Below, piece by piece: positions 12,409 through 24,059 of a stretch of 64,000 nucleotides of DNA (position 1 is its first letter; each line of letters opens with the position of its first letter). This stretch comes from Marsupella aquatica (lineage: Eukaryota; Plantae; Marchantiophyta). The translations under genes were made by a program, and so were the position numbers. The DNA lies in contig OZ316898.1 of assembly GCA_973895155.1 (NCBI GenBank), positions 10,382,286-10,446,285 of the forward strand, read 5' to 3'. The notes under the pieces were generated by a model that worked only from the letters and a program-made list of their open reading frames with translations, was not told the origin of the DNA and searched no databases.

Positions 12409-15400
12409 GCTTTTGACTAGTTTTAAGGTTCAATGGCACATAATGACATACATACTTTTATACCGGGTAGGAATCCAGAGTATTTGCCCGACATTCAGCC
12501 CGACATCTGCCCAACATTCAACCCAACTATGTTCTCCTTGTATATTGAGGGCTACGGGTAACCCGTAGTCCTCTCAATGAAAGTTGTGGTTTAAGAAAAA
12601 TGAAGTGGTGTCGCCAAGATGTCATTATGTAAAAGCTATAATAAAGTGAAAAGATATAGTGAAGTAAAACAGAAGTTGTGTCGTCAAAAAATTGTAAAGT
12701 AAAAATGTCATGAAGTATGAAAATGTCATAGTGCCAAAAACATTATCAGGTGAAAGATGTCACAAAATAGAAAGATTTTGTCAAGTAAAAAGATGGTGTG
12801 ACACCAAATATGTTGTAAAGTAAAAAAGTGGCAAGAAACCAAAAAAATGTTGTCAAGTAAAAAGATGACATTATGTCACAGATGGTGTATCATTTTTCCA
12901 TATGGACCTTTGGGCACTTCTGGTACCAAAAAAGTTTGTGTAATTTACTCTAGATATTGACAATAACATCACAGTAGTATGAACAACCCACACTTCATAA
13001 ATTTATTCTTTGTGTATTAATGTTTTTTATAATATTTTCTCAACTCTTGACTATGATCCTTAAATGCTCACATAATTATTTGTATATCTATAGAGTATCA
13101 ATGGTTCCCAAGAAATGATAACTGAATTGTACCGTTATTCTCAAAATATTTTTATAAGAACTTATCTAGTATCTAACTTTTTCTTTACTATGATTTAATG
13201 TTCAATGTAGAATGCAAGATTAGAGAGTTTAGAGTTTAGGGTTTGAATCTTTTATAATTCACTTCAACTTTTTATGGTAATGAGTAAAAAGATGAGAGTG
13301 ACATTGATACTAACATACAATTATTTTTACAAATAATATATTTTTTCAGATGCAAAAAATATTCAATGTACTTAAGTAATATGCTTTTTATCTATGATCA
13401 TTTTTGCTATATGTTCAAATTTGTACACGTGTAAAAAATATTATATATCTTTTTAATATGAATAGTTGATCTCATGATCATACTGAGGTTGTTAAGACAT
13501 TGCATTCATGATTCAAAAAAAAATAACACACTACAATTGTTGAATACTTGTCAAGGAGCTTAAGTGGTTTTTTTTCCCCCAAAACTACCTAACAGCTGGT
13601 TGTCTGAAGGAAAGGATTGATAAAATTTCTAAAATATGTTTGCAATGTCTAATCACATCCTACATAAGTAGTTTGAACTCTCCACTTCTAGAGAGGTAGT
13701 TCTCTTGACTACTTTTGCACTCCCTTCATTTCTCCTCTCCTCCAAGGAATAGCAAAAGGAATATCCATTCCAAGTTGTCACCTTAAAGTAGACCCTCACA
13801 AAACATCCACGAACCCAAAGTACTTTTCTCTTCAAGCTTAAGTCCCCCTTAGACTCTCAAAATAGTGTGACCCTTTAACCTTGCCCCTGGCCTTGGTTTG
13901 GGCCCACACACCCCCTTTGAGCTCTTAAAAATAATTGTTCTTTTTAAAGATTATTTCTCTTGTTTTCACAAAAGACAAAGTACTTTCCACCGTCAAGATA
14001 CAATCCTCTCTAAATCTCAAAGTAGTGCTCTACCTTAACCTTGTCTTCCTGGCCTTAGTTGTGTACCAGCACATTCTCTTCAAACTTAGACCAAGATTGC
14101 ATCATAATATGGATTCTTCTCTTGCCCTCATACATTTCAAATTCCCTCATACATTTCAAATTCCTTCACACTTAATGGTCACATTAAAGATTGGGAAGAC
14201 TCTTTTCATTGCATACTCAATCCTTATAACAAAAGATCTTCTTCAATATCCTCACACTAAGTATAGACCTCACCTCCTTCTCAAGCTTAGCCTCTACTTA
14301 GCAAGATATAGCCTCTACTTTGAGAATTGAGAATTTTAGTCCCTAACAAAGAAAAACTTCCTCATATATTATTCTCCTTCCACACCACACCAAAGTAGTC
14401 CACCAAGGACCAAGGTAGCCCATCAAGGACCAAGGACCAAAATAGAGGACCAAAGACCAAGGTAGCCCACTAAGAACCAAGGACCAAAAGTCTTATTAAC
14501 TACCAAAGTCTAATTATCAAAGTCCTCCTAATCCACTCCCACTCAAGCTCTTTCACCTTGTGATTGCCTGGTCTATTCAACCATCTTCCAACCACCCTTG
14601 TGCTTGATTCATTCCTGTCTTGTGGTAGCCTCGACAAAACGTTTTTACACTTAGTCAAATTTTATTATTTTAGAAAAAATATAATTCCTCGGTCCATATT
14701 GTACCCATCCTAAAACATCACCCATAAGACTAAAAAGATTTTTGAGTAGATCCATAGATTCTCTAGACATAAGACTATGTCATGGTTTACTAAGATTTAA
14801 ACAAAATCCTATAACCAATTTTTTAAAATTAGGTAAAAAGAATTTTTTTTGTTTTCTTTAAAGAAATTTCAACTTTGAGAGGCTATTTAAAAGTAACCAG
14901 AGGTAACCAAATTCTTCCACAAGTTTCCAGGAATAGAGGGGACCATATTTAACCCTCTTCCCAACTTGGAACCCCTACATTTCCCCATCAACTATTTTTC
15001 TCGAGACTCGCTATTTGGTAACTTTAAATTTTGTCAAAATATTTACAACTCCTAGGTTAAGACCCCACTTGACTTTGTGACTTTTATGTGTGGTCTAGAG
15101 ACTACCTAGCACCTATAAGGTGAGTATTAGCAAAACTTGTCACTCAAAAATATCAATTATGTCTTTGGTCCGACTTGTCGACTATCGTAAAAGAAATTTG
15201 CCCTTACCAAATAACCTACTCAACTCTTGATACTTCTTAGAGCAACATGTCCTCTCCCTTAATTTATTTCCCTACTCTACTTCCCTAGTTATTAAGTTAC
15301 CTTAAACTTAACATCTTCACTAATCACTAAAACTATGTAATTACTACTCCTTGAAAGCAAAAAACTGATGCATTTCCTACTCAAGCCTCCATTGAGCCAT

Positions 15401-17389
15401 TTCACAACAATAAACTTAAAATTTTTAGATAGAAAAAAATCATCTTGTAAATCTTATTGGTTGTATAATTGTTGACTTGATTTGCACATTGTCTCCAATT
15501 TAAAGTATATTGATCAACTCAATCTTATCATTTCTTTTGTTTTTTTTCTCTTTCTCTACACATTTTATACCTTGGTTATCGACGATTATCTTTTTGGCTG
15601 AGAAACTACAAGTTGAGTAGCTTATTATTATTTTGTTAGACAACTCCTAGAATTTGAGAGTCTATATTATCAAGCTTCTCACTTTGTTGTAGAGATACCT
15701 CTCTGTTAGACTTAATTATTATAATTACTTCTTTTTCAGTCATAATTGGATTCTTTTGCTTCTTCTAAAAACTTGCATTTCTTTACCTTGTTTGGAATCA
15801 AAGTTTGCAAATTCATCCATTATGAGAGTGTTTCATTTTCAAATTACTTATGAAAAAAATAGTTGGATCAATATCAATGTTGGTTAACTAGTTCACTTGT
15901 CTTAATGCATTGTTTCATCTGTAATATACTAAACAAGAAATATCTCTTTCTTTTCAGCAAATGTAAGACTTGAGCATTTCCAGATGCAATCTCCTAGTGA
16001 GAAAATTGAATATCCTTTGAAATATCCTTAATCTAAACTATTTTTGAAATTAAAGTCAAAGCAAAAAGAAATAATATTGGTTGACCTAACATATCATCAA
16101 TCCAAATTGTATTTAATGGCACTCCATAATTATGTATTTACATCAAGTACATATTAATATCATTTTTTCTATGTAATTTTTTATATTGAAAATAATTACT
16201 TGATCTTCATATTGCATGTGCAAACATACAATTGGGTCAATGATGTGTTATCACAATCGATATGAACCTTTTTTAGTCAATCACACACAACTAAATTTCC
16301 CCATCAGAAGGGCACATATATATTGTCCATTCTTTTTCAATATCACAACTATATGTTAAACATACATTATTATCACAGATTTTTGGTGTAGACATCGAGT
16401 CAAAATCATGGTAATCATCTGTACAATAAATAATTAAATTAAAAGATCCAATTTTGGAAAAAAGATTAGATGAAATGATGAAAAAATGAATAAATTTCAC
16501 GACAATTATGAGGTTTGGTAAGAAAATAGAAATTAATAATTTTTATGAAATCATACAAATGATAAAACATGACTTCAACCTTTAAACGAAACCATGCAAA
16601 TAAATATCAAATGTCATAATAATTATGAAATTGACCAACAAAATATTCTTGACTCTTTTTCATCTTTCATCAAACCATGAAAATATGTCTAAATTTCACA
16701 ATGATAATTAGTTAATGAAATTTTACAAGCAATTAATTTTCCTTGAACCTATCAGAGCACCATAAAAAAATATCTTAATTCTCACAAAAATTTTGAAATG
16801 ATCCACAAAAAAAAATATTACTAATATTACTTATATATATAAATTAAAAATCCAATGACCATCATGAGATTGACAAGAAAAAATATCTTTCATATTCTCA
16901 TGAAACCATGAAATGATGATCTTTCACCTCATGATAATATTTCTCATCTTAATTAGTCAAGCAAAAAAATGTAAAAATCTCACGAGGATCATGAGATTAA
17001 CAAGTTAAAAAAACAAATCCTAACTTTACTTAAACATTAAAATTAATATTATTTTGATGCCTTATTGATAGCATCAAATATCAATCTCATATCTCACAAG
17101 TAAAAAAATGAGAATATCTAAAACTACATGCCAAAATAATATAAGTAGCAAGGTTGGAAAATGAAAAATTATCTGGATGTCCATACACTAGTTTTTTTAT
17201 CATTATCAAATCTTTTTTTGGGCTTAGTCATGCAAAAGTTGTGCAACTATCAAATTACTCTATTACATGTTTTTGTACCTCAAAATTCAATCCAAATATA
17301 AATATGTAAAAACCAAATCTAAATGATGTCAAAACTTAAAGAAGAAATATAATAAATAAACATATAATCTCATAATGTCTTCAATTGAC

Positions 17390-18122
17390 ATACTAAGTGC
17401 CTGAGGAGGACCTAGTGCATATTTTTTTCCGTGGTCTAAAGTTTCCAGAGTTGGTGGAGCATAATTTGGCAAGCAAGTTTAAAACTTGGATATATGTGTG
17501 TTGTCGAACATGTAAAAATAGGTATGTCAACATTCATGTAGCAAGGGCAAATTGCTTGTAATGTGATTTTTTTATTCAATAAATATATTTTAACTTGTTG
17601 GGTTGAATTTCTAATCTATTTTATGTTAAATACACTATTTTGCAATGCAGGGGCGGAGATAGTGAATCATTGGCTTTTGAGCTAGAAAATTGTGCTGATC
17701 ATTGGGTAGGTGATCATAAAAAATGTATGACTTTGTCTGACCGACCTTGTCAACATCTTGAAGAACCTAATGCTCCATAGTTGAACTTGTACTATGAGAT
17801 GGGTAAAATTTAAACTTTATCCTAAGAATTTAATAATTATGGGTTTTCAACATTCAATGTTTGTGTTTTGTATGTGAATGTGATAATCATAAAAGAAAAT
17901 AATCAAATTCATGTTTGGATAATACAAGGTGGAGAAACTCATAAGGCCATGAAAGTTTTCATGGAAAAATACATAGGCCAAAGAAAATGTGATTTTAAAC
18001 CATGGCCCGTGAGAATTTCATGTCTGAGACCTTCCATTCAATAGTAGGAAAGTATGCCACAAACCATATCCATTTTTCAACTACGCATGAGGCTCGTTTG
18101 TGTTGTACTGCTATGGATCATT
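17390..18122 (+). pseudogene. C-terminal half of the same type of DDE transposase (about 3 exons)
   Basis: Exons translate to ...ASKFKTWIYVCC, ENCADHWVGDHKKC and ENFMSETFHSIVGKYATK..F...EARLCCTAMD, matching the ExFHSxxxKYxxK...R...A.D third-acid motif. GT/AG boundaries; stops and frameshifts. Confidence 0.6.
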
Positions 18123-19054
18123 GGTCATATCACTCTTCATCAACCAAAACTTAGACATGCACAAGCTAACTCCAAATCCAGCGATTTTCCAATATGATCG
18201 TCACTTATGTCCAGATGACCGTGTTTTCTGGTAAGAGCATGTTGGCTCTTATGAAATTAATCTTGCATGCCCATAAGTTCTACACTAAAACCAAAATGAT
18301 AACTCTTGTAAGAAAGGTGGTGGGTATTAAGAAAGGTTCAGGTCAAACTAATATACTATTAAATTCTACTTTACTATACTTGCGGATCAACACATCTTGG
18401 AAACTAATTTTTCTACATATACAATCATAATATCTCCAAGAGAAAATGAAATAGGAATGTCATCTGGACTCCTATTTAGATCCATGACTTCAATAAAGGA
18501 CAAAGATAATGAACTCCTACTCCTCTCGGTAAGACACTACTGGGTATACTATTGGCTCATTAGAACTCATAATAACAGCTACAAATTGAGCTCCAAAGTG
18601 ATAAGTTAAATGCTACCTCATGGATGGCTTGTCTAAAAGATGGACTCTAACCAAAAATGGGTTACGAAGGGGTTGATTAGGGATATCTCTCCCTCTTGGA
18701 TTCATAATGAATTTTTTATTTCTTTGCTATCCGGGCCAAAGGATGCCCCACTCCTAAGTTTCCAAGTACCTTGTTCCCTAAGGTCCCATCTATAAGTCTA
18801 CCACTCATTCCTTTGCTATCCAAGCCAAAGGATGCTCAACTACTATGTATATAAGGCAAAGAATAGAAGAAAAAAAAAGGATTGATTTGACGCGGAAATT
18901 ATCAAAATATGGAAATGAGAAGAGAGTGCCCCTCACCACTTTATTTATATTGAATCCAAGAGGGCATGGATTACGCCCAAATGCTTGGAAGAAAGCCAAG
19001 TGGCACACATCCAACGTAAGAATGTGTGCTAGTACTATTGCAATCAAAACAAAT

Positions 19055-19410
19055 GATGCATGCAAGTAAAACAACTAATGCATGCACCTAAAATAATTTG
19101 TGCATGCATGCACCTTGTGGCTTGCATATTTGCTCATCTTGCATGTGCATAAAATAACTAATGCATGCGCATAAAATAATTTATGCATGCACCTTGTGGC
19201 TTGCACATTAGCTCACCTTGCATGCGCATAAAACAACTAATGCATGTAAATAAAATAATTTGCATGCATCTAAAATAATTTGTGCATGCACCTTGTGGCT
19301 TGCACATTTGTTCACCTTGCATGCACATAAAACAAAGTCTAATGCATGCAAATAAAATAATTTGTGCATGCATCTTGTGATTTGCATAGTTGTTTACCTT
19401 GCATGCACAT
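19055..19410. repeat. Tandem ~80-bp repeat (about 4.5 copies) rich in CATGCA
   Basis: CACCTTGTGGCTTGCA-like core recurs at about 19111, 19190, 19289 and 19371. Confidence 0.85.
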
Positions 19411-19519
19411 AAGTAATAGTCAAACTATTTAGTTATCCCGTAACAAAATATAAACCTAACCTATATACTAAATAATATACTTGGTGATAATGATTTCATC
19501 ATGAATAATTAAATTATCA

Positions 19520-22480
19520 CGATAACGTCCACCCGAGGAAGACCCCGGTCCTTTCCTCCCCACTGGCTCTATCGCTCTCCGCACAGGTGTTTCCACATTA
19601 ACCTCTTCCATTTCCATATCAGTACCAGCTTCCCTTTGATCCTCACTAAACCGACGCTCTATTGTATTCCTTGCTTCCCTTAGTTGCGTGCTTTTGTTTG
19701 TTCCTTCCAGCTCCATGCTCTCTCCTGCATCAGCCACAATCATCGGTAAGAATTGGAGGGAGCTCCCTGTTTTTCTTAGTAGGTGGTGGTGTCCTACTAT
19801 CAATCTTATGTGTTCTTTCTTTTCCTTGCTAGAAACGTAGGCCTCATATTTTGACATGTCCAAATCCGCTTCCGAGTCCTCATGATAAGAGAAGCTTTTG
19901 GGTCCTCTCGCTTAGATGGTGAACCAGATTGCACAGATGTGTTTCCAGACGAGCCTTTCTTTTTTGTATCTGCCTTTTGATTCATAGATGTTTCCCGTAA
20001 GGTAGCTACTTTCAATGCTAGCACAGACGAAAGATCCTCTCCCCTCTCCGGCGTAAGGAAAGACTTTATTTTGAGATTCTGCTCAGAGTCCACTATTTTT
20101 GGCTCGTCCCTAAGCATTTGTCTGTTTTTGCCTGAGTCCTTGGCTTCCTGAATTGGTGCCTCATTTGTTTGCTCTCGAACTTCTTCAGCCGAAACTATCT
20201 CTAGCTCCATCGCCAACCCCTCATCTTGGGGAACCAGAGGACCCTTGCTCCTTGCACACAAATTTGTGGCCAATTGATTCCTCAAAACCTCTGTCGGATT
20301 GCCTTCGGCTGCTTCATCTTTTTTGTCAGGGGACAATGCTTCCTCCTTGCCACCAGAGCACTCTTCCTCTAGGACCGCCACCTCATCCATGCCTTCTCTA
20401 CATTCGCGAGCTATGTGACCCTTCTTGTTACACTGAAAACAATGGAACAAGATATTCTTAAATTGAATTGGTTGCCATATGCTGATATCCTCACGTATCC
20501 TAACCTGTGCACTAAATGGCACTTCACGTTCAGTATCCCATAGGATACAGGCCCTGTCGTGAGGATACAAGCTATACTCGTCACCCTGAATGTAGTGCAA
20601 AAGTTTTCCCAAGGATTTGGCAATCTTGATCCGGCATCCTTCCAAAACCAATGCTCGGAATGGCAACTCGATCCATACAGGTAGCTTAGTGTAGCTCTCT
20701 GTTTGGATGTCAAAAGAAGGCTCCCATGGGAAGGTGAAGACAAGTTTGCATTCTATATACCAAGGCGTAGCCAAAAGAGCTAGATCTTTGTGGTCAGCAT
20801 TTTCAAAGATAATGAGATAGAAGTTTTTGCCCACAAATTTCACCTGCAACACAAGCCAATTCCTTCCAAACACCATTATTTCTTCTACCCAGGCTCTAAA
20901 GACGGGCAACATTGGTGCTCTATCCATAAAATAATAGAGCATGGCACAATTGTAGAGTTGGCAAACATTGCTGGCAGCCTCCTCTAATGTCCATTCCACT
21001 GTCGCAAAAAGTTTCTTACTCCACTCCCCCTTAGAAACCTCCCCAATTTCTTTGAGAATGGTAATCAATCCTCTGTCACTGCTTTTGTAGCTCGCCCTTG
21101 CCCAGATGCAGCATTCTTCCCGATCAAGGTCCTCGCTTGCATGTTTGCAGTTGTATTATCCGTTGGTGGCTTGGGATTCTCTTTTTTGGTGTCGGATCCG
21201 TTGTCCATTCAACTGCACATAGACTACCATTCGACTGTTGCTGCGTCCTACTCGGATCCAATCTAAACCCCTCTTTAGTTGGACTCCCTTGCAGCCAGAT
21301 CCTCTTCGCAGATGATTCCCATGGCTGAATTGGGGTCTCACAAATGTCATAAGAGCGCTGAGGAACAAAAAATGGTCGCCTTAGTGAGCTTGCCTGAGCG
21401 TAATGTCCACCTCCTCGAAAGGGCATGCTGCAAGAATCCTATTGGCTATACTATTCCAGAGCTCCTTGGGAAGCATAATTCTCCCTTTCTGCATAATAAT
21501 GTGCAGGAGTAGTTCTCCCCCCATTGCAAACACCATCGTAATCCATAATGCTATAGCTAGCTTGAGTTTGATTCTCCTTGTTCTCAAGAGGAGTAAAAAA
21601 ATTTGGCCTCACGTACCTTATTTGAAATTGATGGTCGCTCCTCCTTTTGTTTATGTTATTTGAAGCCCACTTGAGCTCCTTATTGTGGCTGATGAATCCC
21701 TCCAGCGCTCAGACGGAAGGGTCGATTGTCTCTAAACCCAGCTGGCGTAGTAATTCCTTGAGCTTTGCTTCAGTCTGTTGCTTACTCCTCTGTATTGTTA
21801 GTGTCTTAGGAGAGATTATGTTGTCTGCTCCCCATTTCCTTTGGTATAAGGCATAGAGTTTCATCTTCTCATTTGGTCAGGGACCTCACGGGCGCTACTC
21901 TTCTTTCTCCACCTTGATTTCCGTGTCGCATCCACCTTTAACCTTTTACTGATGCAATTAAGCTCACAGCCTGTCTATGCAGGCTCAACTCCTTTTAATA
22001 CCTCCTTTGGTTCTTGTCATTCACACCACTGCTCTGTAGCTGCCTTCTACTACACCACGTCAGACTTCCTCGGACCTCTCTTAACGCACCCTGCTCTTTC
22101 CCTGTTGCTTGATAAACCTCCCACAACGTCTCGAGACTTGTCCATCGCGCACCTAGATCCAAATGCAGCGGCACTCTTCTCACCCTCTCCCCCCAAAAAT
22201 ATAGCTCCATGTTTATCCAAAAAGGACGCCTCCAAGCTAATCCAAATCCCTAAAACCTCTTGAAAGCTCAATGTAACCTTTCGGTAACCAAAACCTCCAT
22301 AAACACGCTCATTAAAAAGCAAAACCACCAGCAACTGCCGATCCTCTGCCAACAACTTGCCGGCCAGACAAAATAGCCAAGCTGCCCAAAACCTTCACCT
22401 ATTGGATCGTTACTTGTTGCATCGCAGCTCTCTCCACTCCTCTCAGCTCTCGCAGCTCCAGGCCTCCCGACATCGACTCA
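19520..22480 (-). mobile_element. L1-clade LINE fragment encoding ORF1p only (DUF4283 + zf-CCHC_4), frameshifted
   Basis: ORF 21068-19806 has the typical plant LINE ORF1 motifs FYLIIF, PWY, FPWEPSF, LPVWIELP, IAKSLG and CFQCNKKGHIAREC. No endonuclease or RT follows. Boundaries are approximate. Confidence 0.8.
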
Positions 22481-24059
22481 TGCCATGTTGCTTTTATGAC
22501 AGCTTTGACTGCATCTGGAAACTTTGTTTGCTCCACATAACCACAAACCCAAGCAAGTGTGTGTAGACTTGGTAGCGCTTCCTCTTCATCACGCTATCCA
22601 CATAACTGTATGCCGCACAAATCAAAAGTTGTTCCAAAGGTACAACAGGATTGAGGGCCTCATGACGTTTTGTGACCACATGACAAAATTCAGGGAAATC
22701 ATAGCGGATCTCGTCTAAGTTAGTGCTACGTTGGATGGGAGGAGCCTCATGTTGAGCTTGGGCGCATGACCAAGTCAAGACAAAAGTCCCATCCTTGGAT
22801 TCACTCAATCTAACTTTGGTCCTTGGTCTGCTAGCCATTCTTCCGAGACTGCCATAGCAAAGGTAGATGTTAGTCAAAGGTGATGATTGGAATGTAAGAA
22901 CAAGAGTGTAGAGTAAGGGTGAATTACCTCAAAATGTCACAACTCTTATGTTGGTTGCCAAAGTCTAGCATCAATTGTTGCAAAGGCTTCATATAAGGTA
23001 TTGTCCAGTATCGCCAATCTTTTTTTACATGCTGATTGCAGGCCATGACCAAAACGACTATCCGAGTTCCATCGTCCTCCATTTGAAAGGAAAGAAAGTC
23101 TCTGAAAATGTAACACCTCCATTCGAAACCCAAAGAACTCTGAAAAAGTAACAAAAAGTAACAATTTTATAGCATATGTGACAATAATACTCTATGTGAC
23201 AATGATACTCTGTAGTAAAGTAAACGATCATCACTTGTCTGGGTAGGAATGGAGTCACTTGGGTAAACAACCTGAAATTGTTATGCTCAGCAAAGAACGA
23301 CTTACTAATGTTCCTCCTCTCCTAGGCACTCCCGGTCTTGATCCTCTGCATTCCCATCCCAATCTTGGCTCAGCGTCAGTAGAGTCTAGGTTGCTATATA
23401 TTGAGTCGATACAATTCCTATCTTCTGCCATTGATTCATAAGAACGGTTCCTAAACTCCTACAAAATGACAACTTTGCATGCACATCTCCAGGCAAACTG
23501 AAAAAGATATCCATCGAATGACCAAAGTACGACATTGATCAATCAGTCATGCAACAGACCCAATATAGCTCATGAAAATACTTACTGGGCTTCACTCTCT
23601 GCTACCACTTCATGAAGTGTTGGAGCAGAAGTCTATGAGAAAATTTGATGGAGCAGAGGGATCTTGGATCGACAAGAAGGAGACTGCCTTCCAAATGGTA
23701 GAGTAAAAAGCTGTTGCCACGTCTGCTACTATGTCTACTGCTACATCTACTCAATCTTTCTGTCCGGATCTCACTCTAGTTGGCACCTTCTTCGCCAACC
23801 AAGCCGCAGAAGTTGTGACAAGGCGTTTGAAAATTTAGGAATTAGCCTGCGCACACAACCCGGAGTGCAATGAGCCGTGGTGCTGCTAGCAAGTGTTGAA
23901 GAATACCATCTGTTGCATGCCAATAAAAATGCGACACTGCAGTATGAAGAAGTGTCGTGTATTTGCGTTCAGAGTAGCTATACAAGACGTTGAGACCCTA
24001 TTGCTTGTCACAGTCCATCCCTATGGGAAAACATATGGTGCAGTAGAACCATAACAAGA

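Noticed and set aside
13538-15408. Possible old solo LTR (TGTTG...CAACA)
   Set aside because: The flanks do not form a convincing TSD, so the boundaries cannot be supported.
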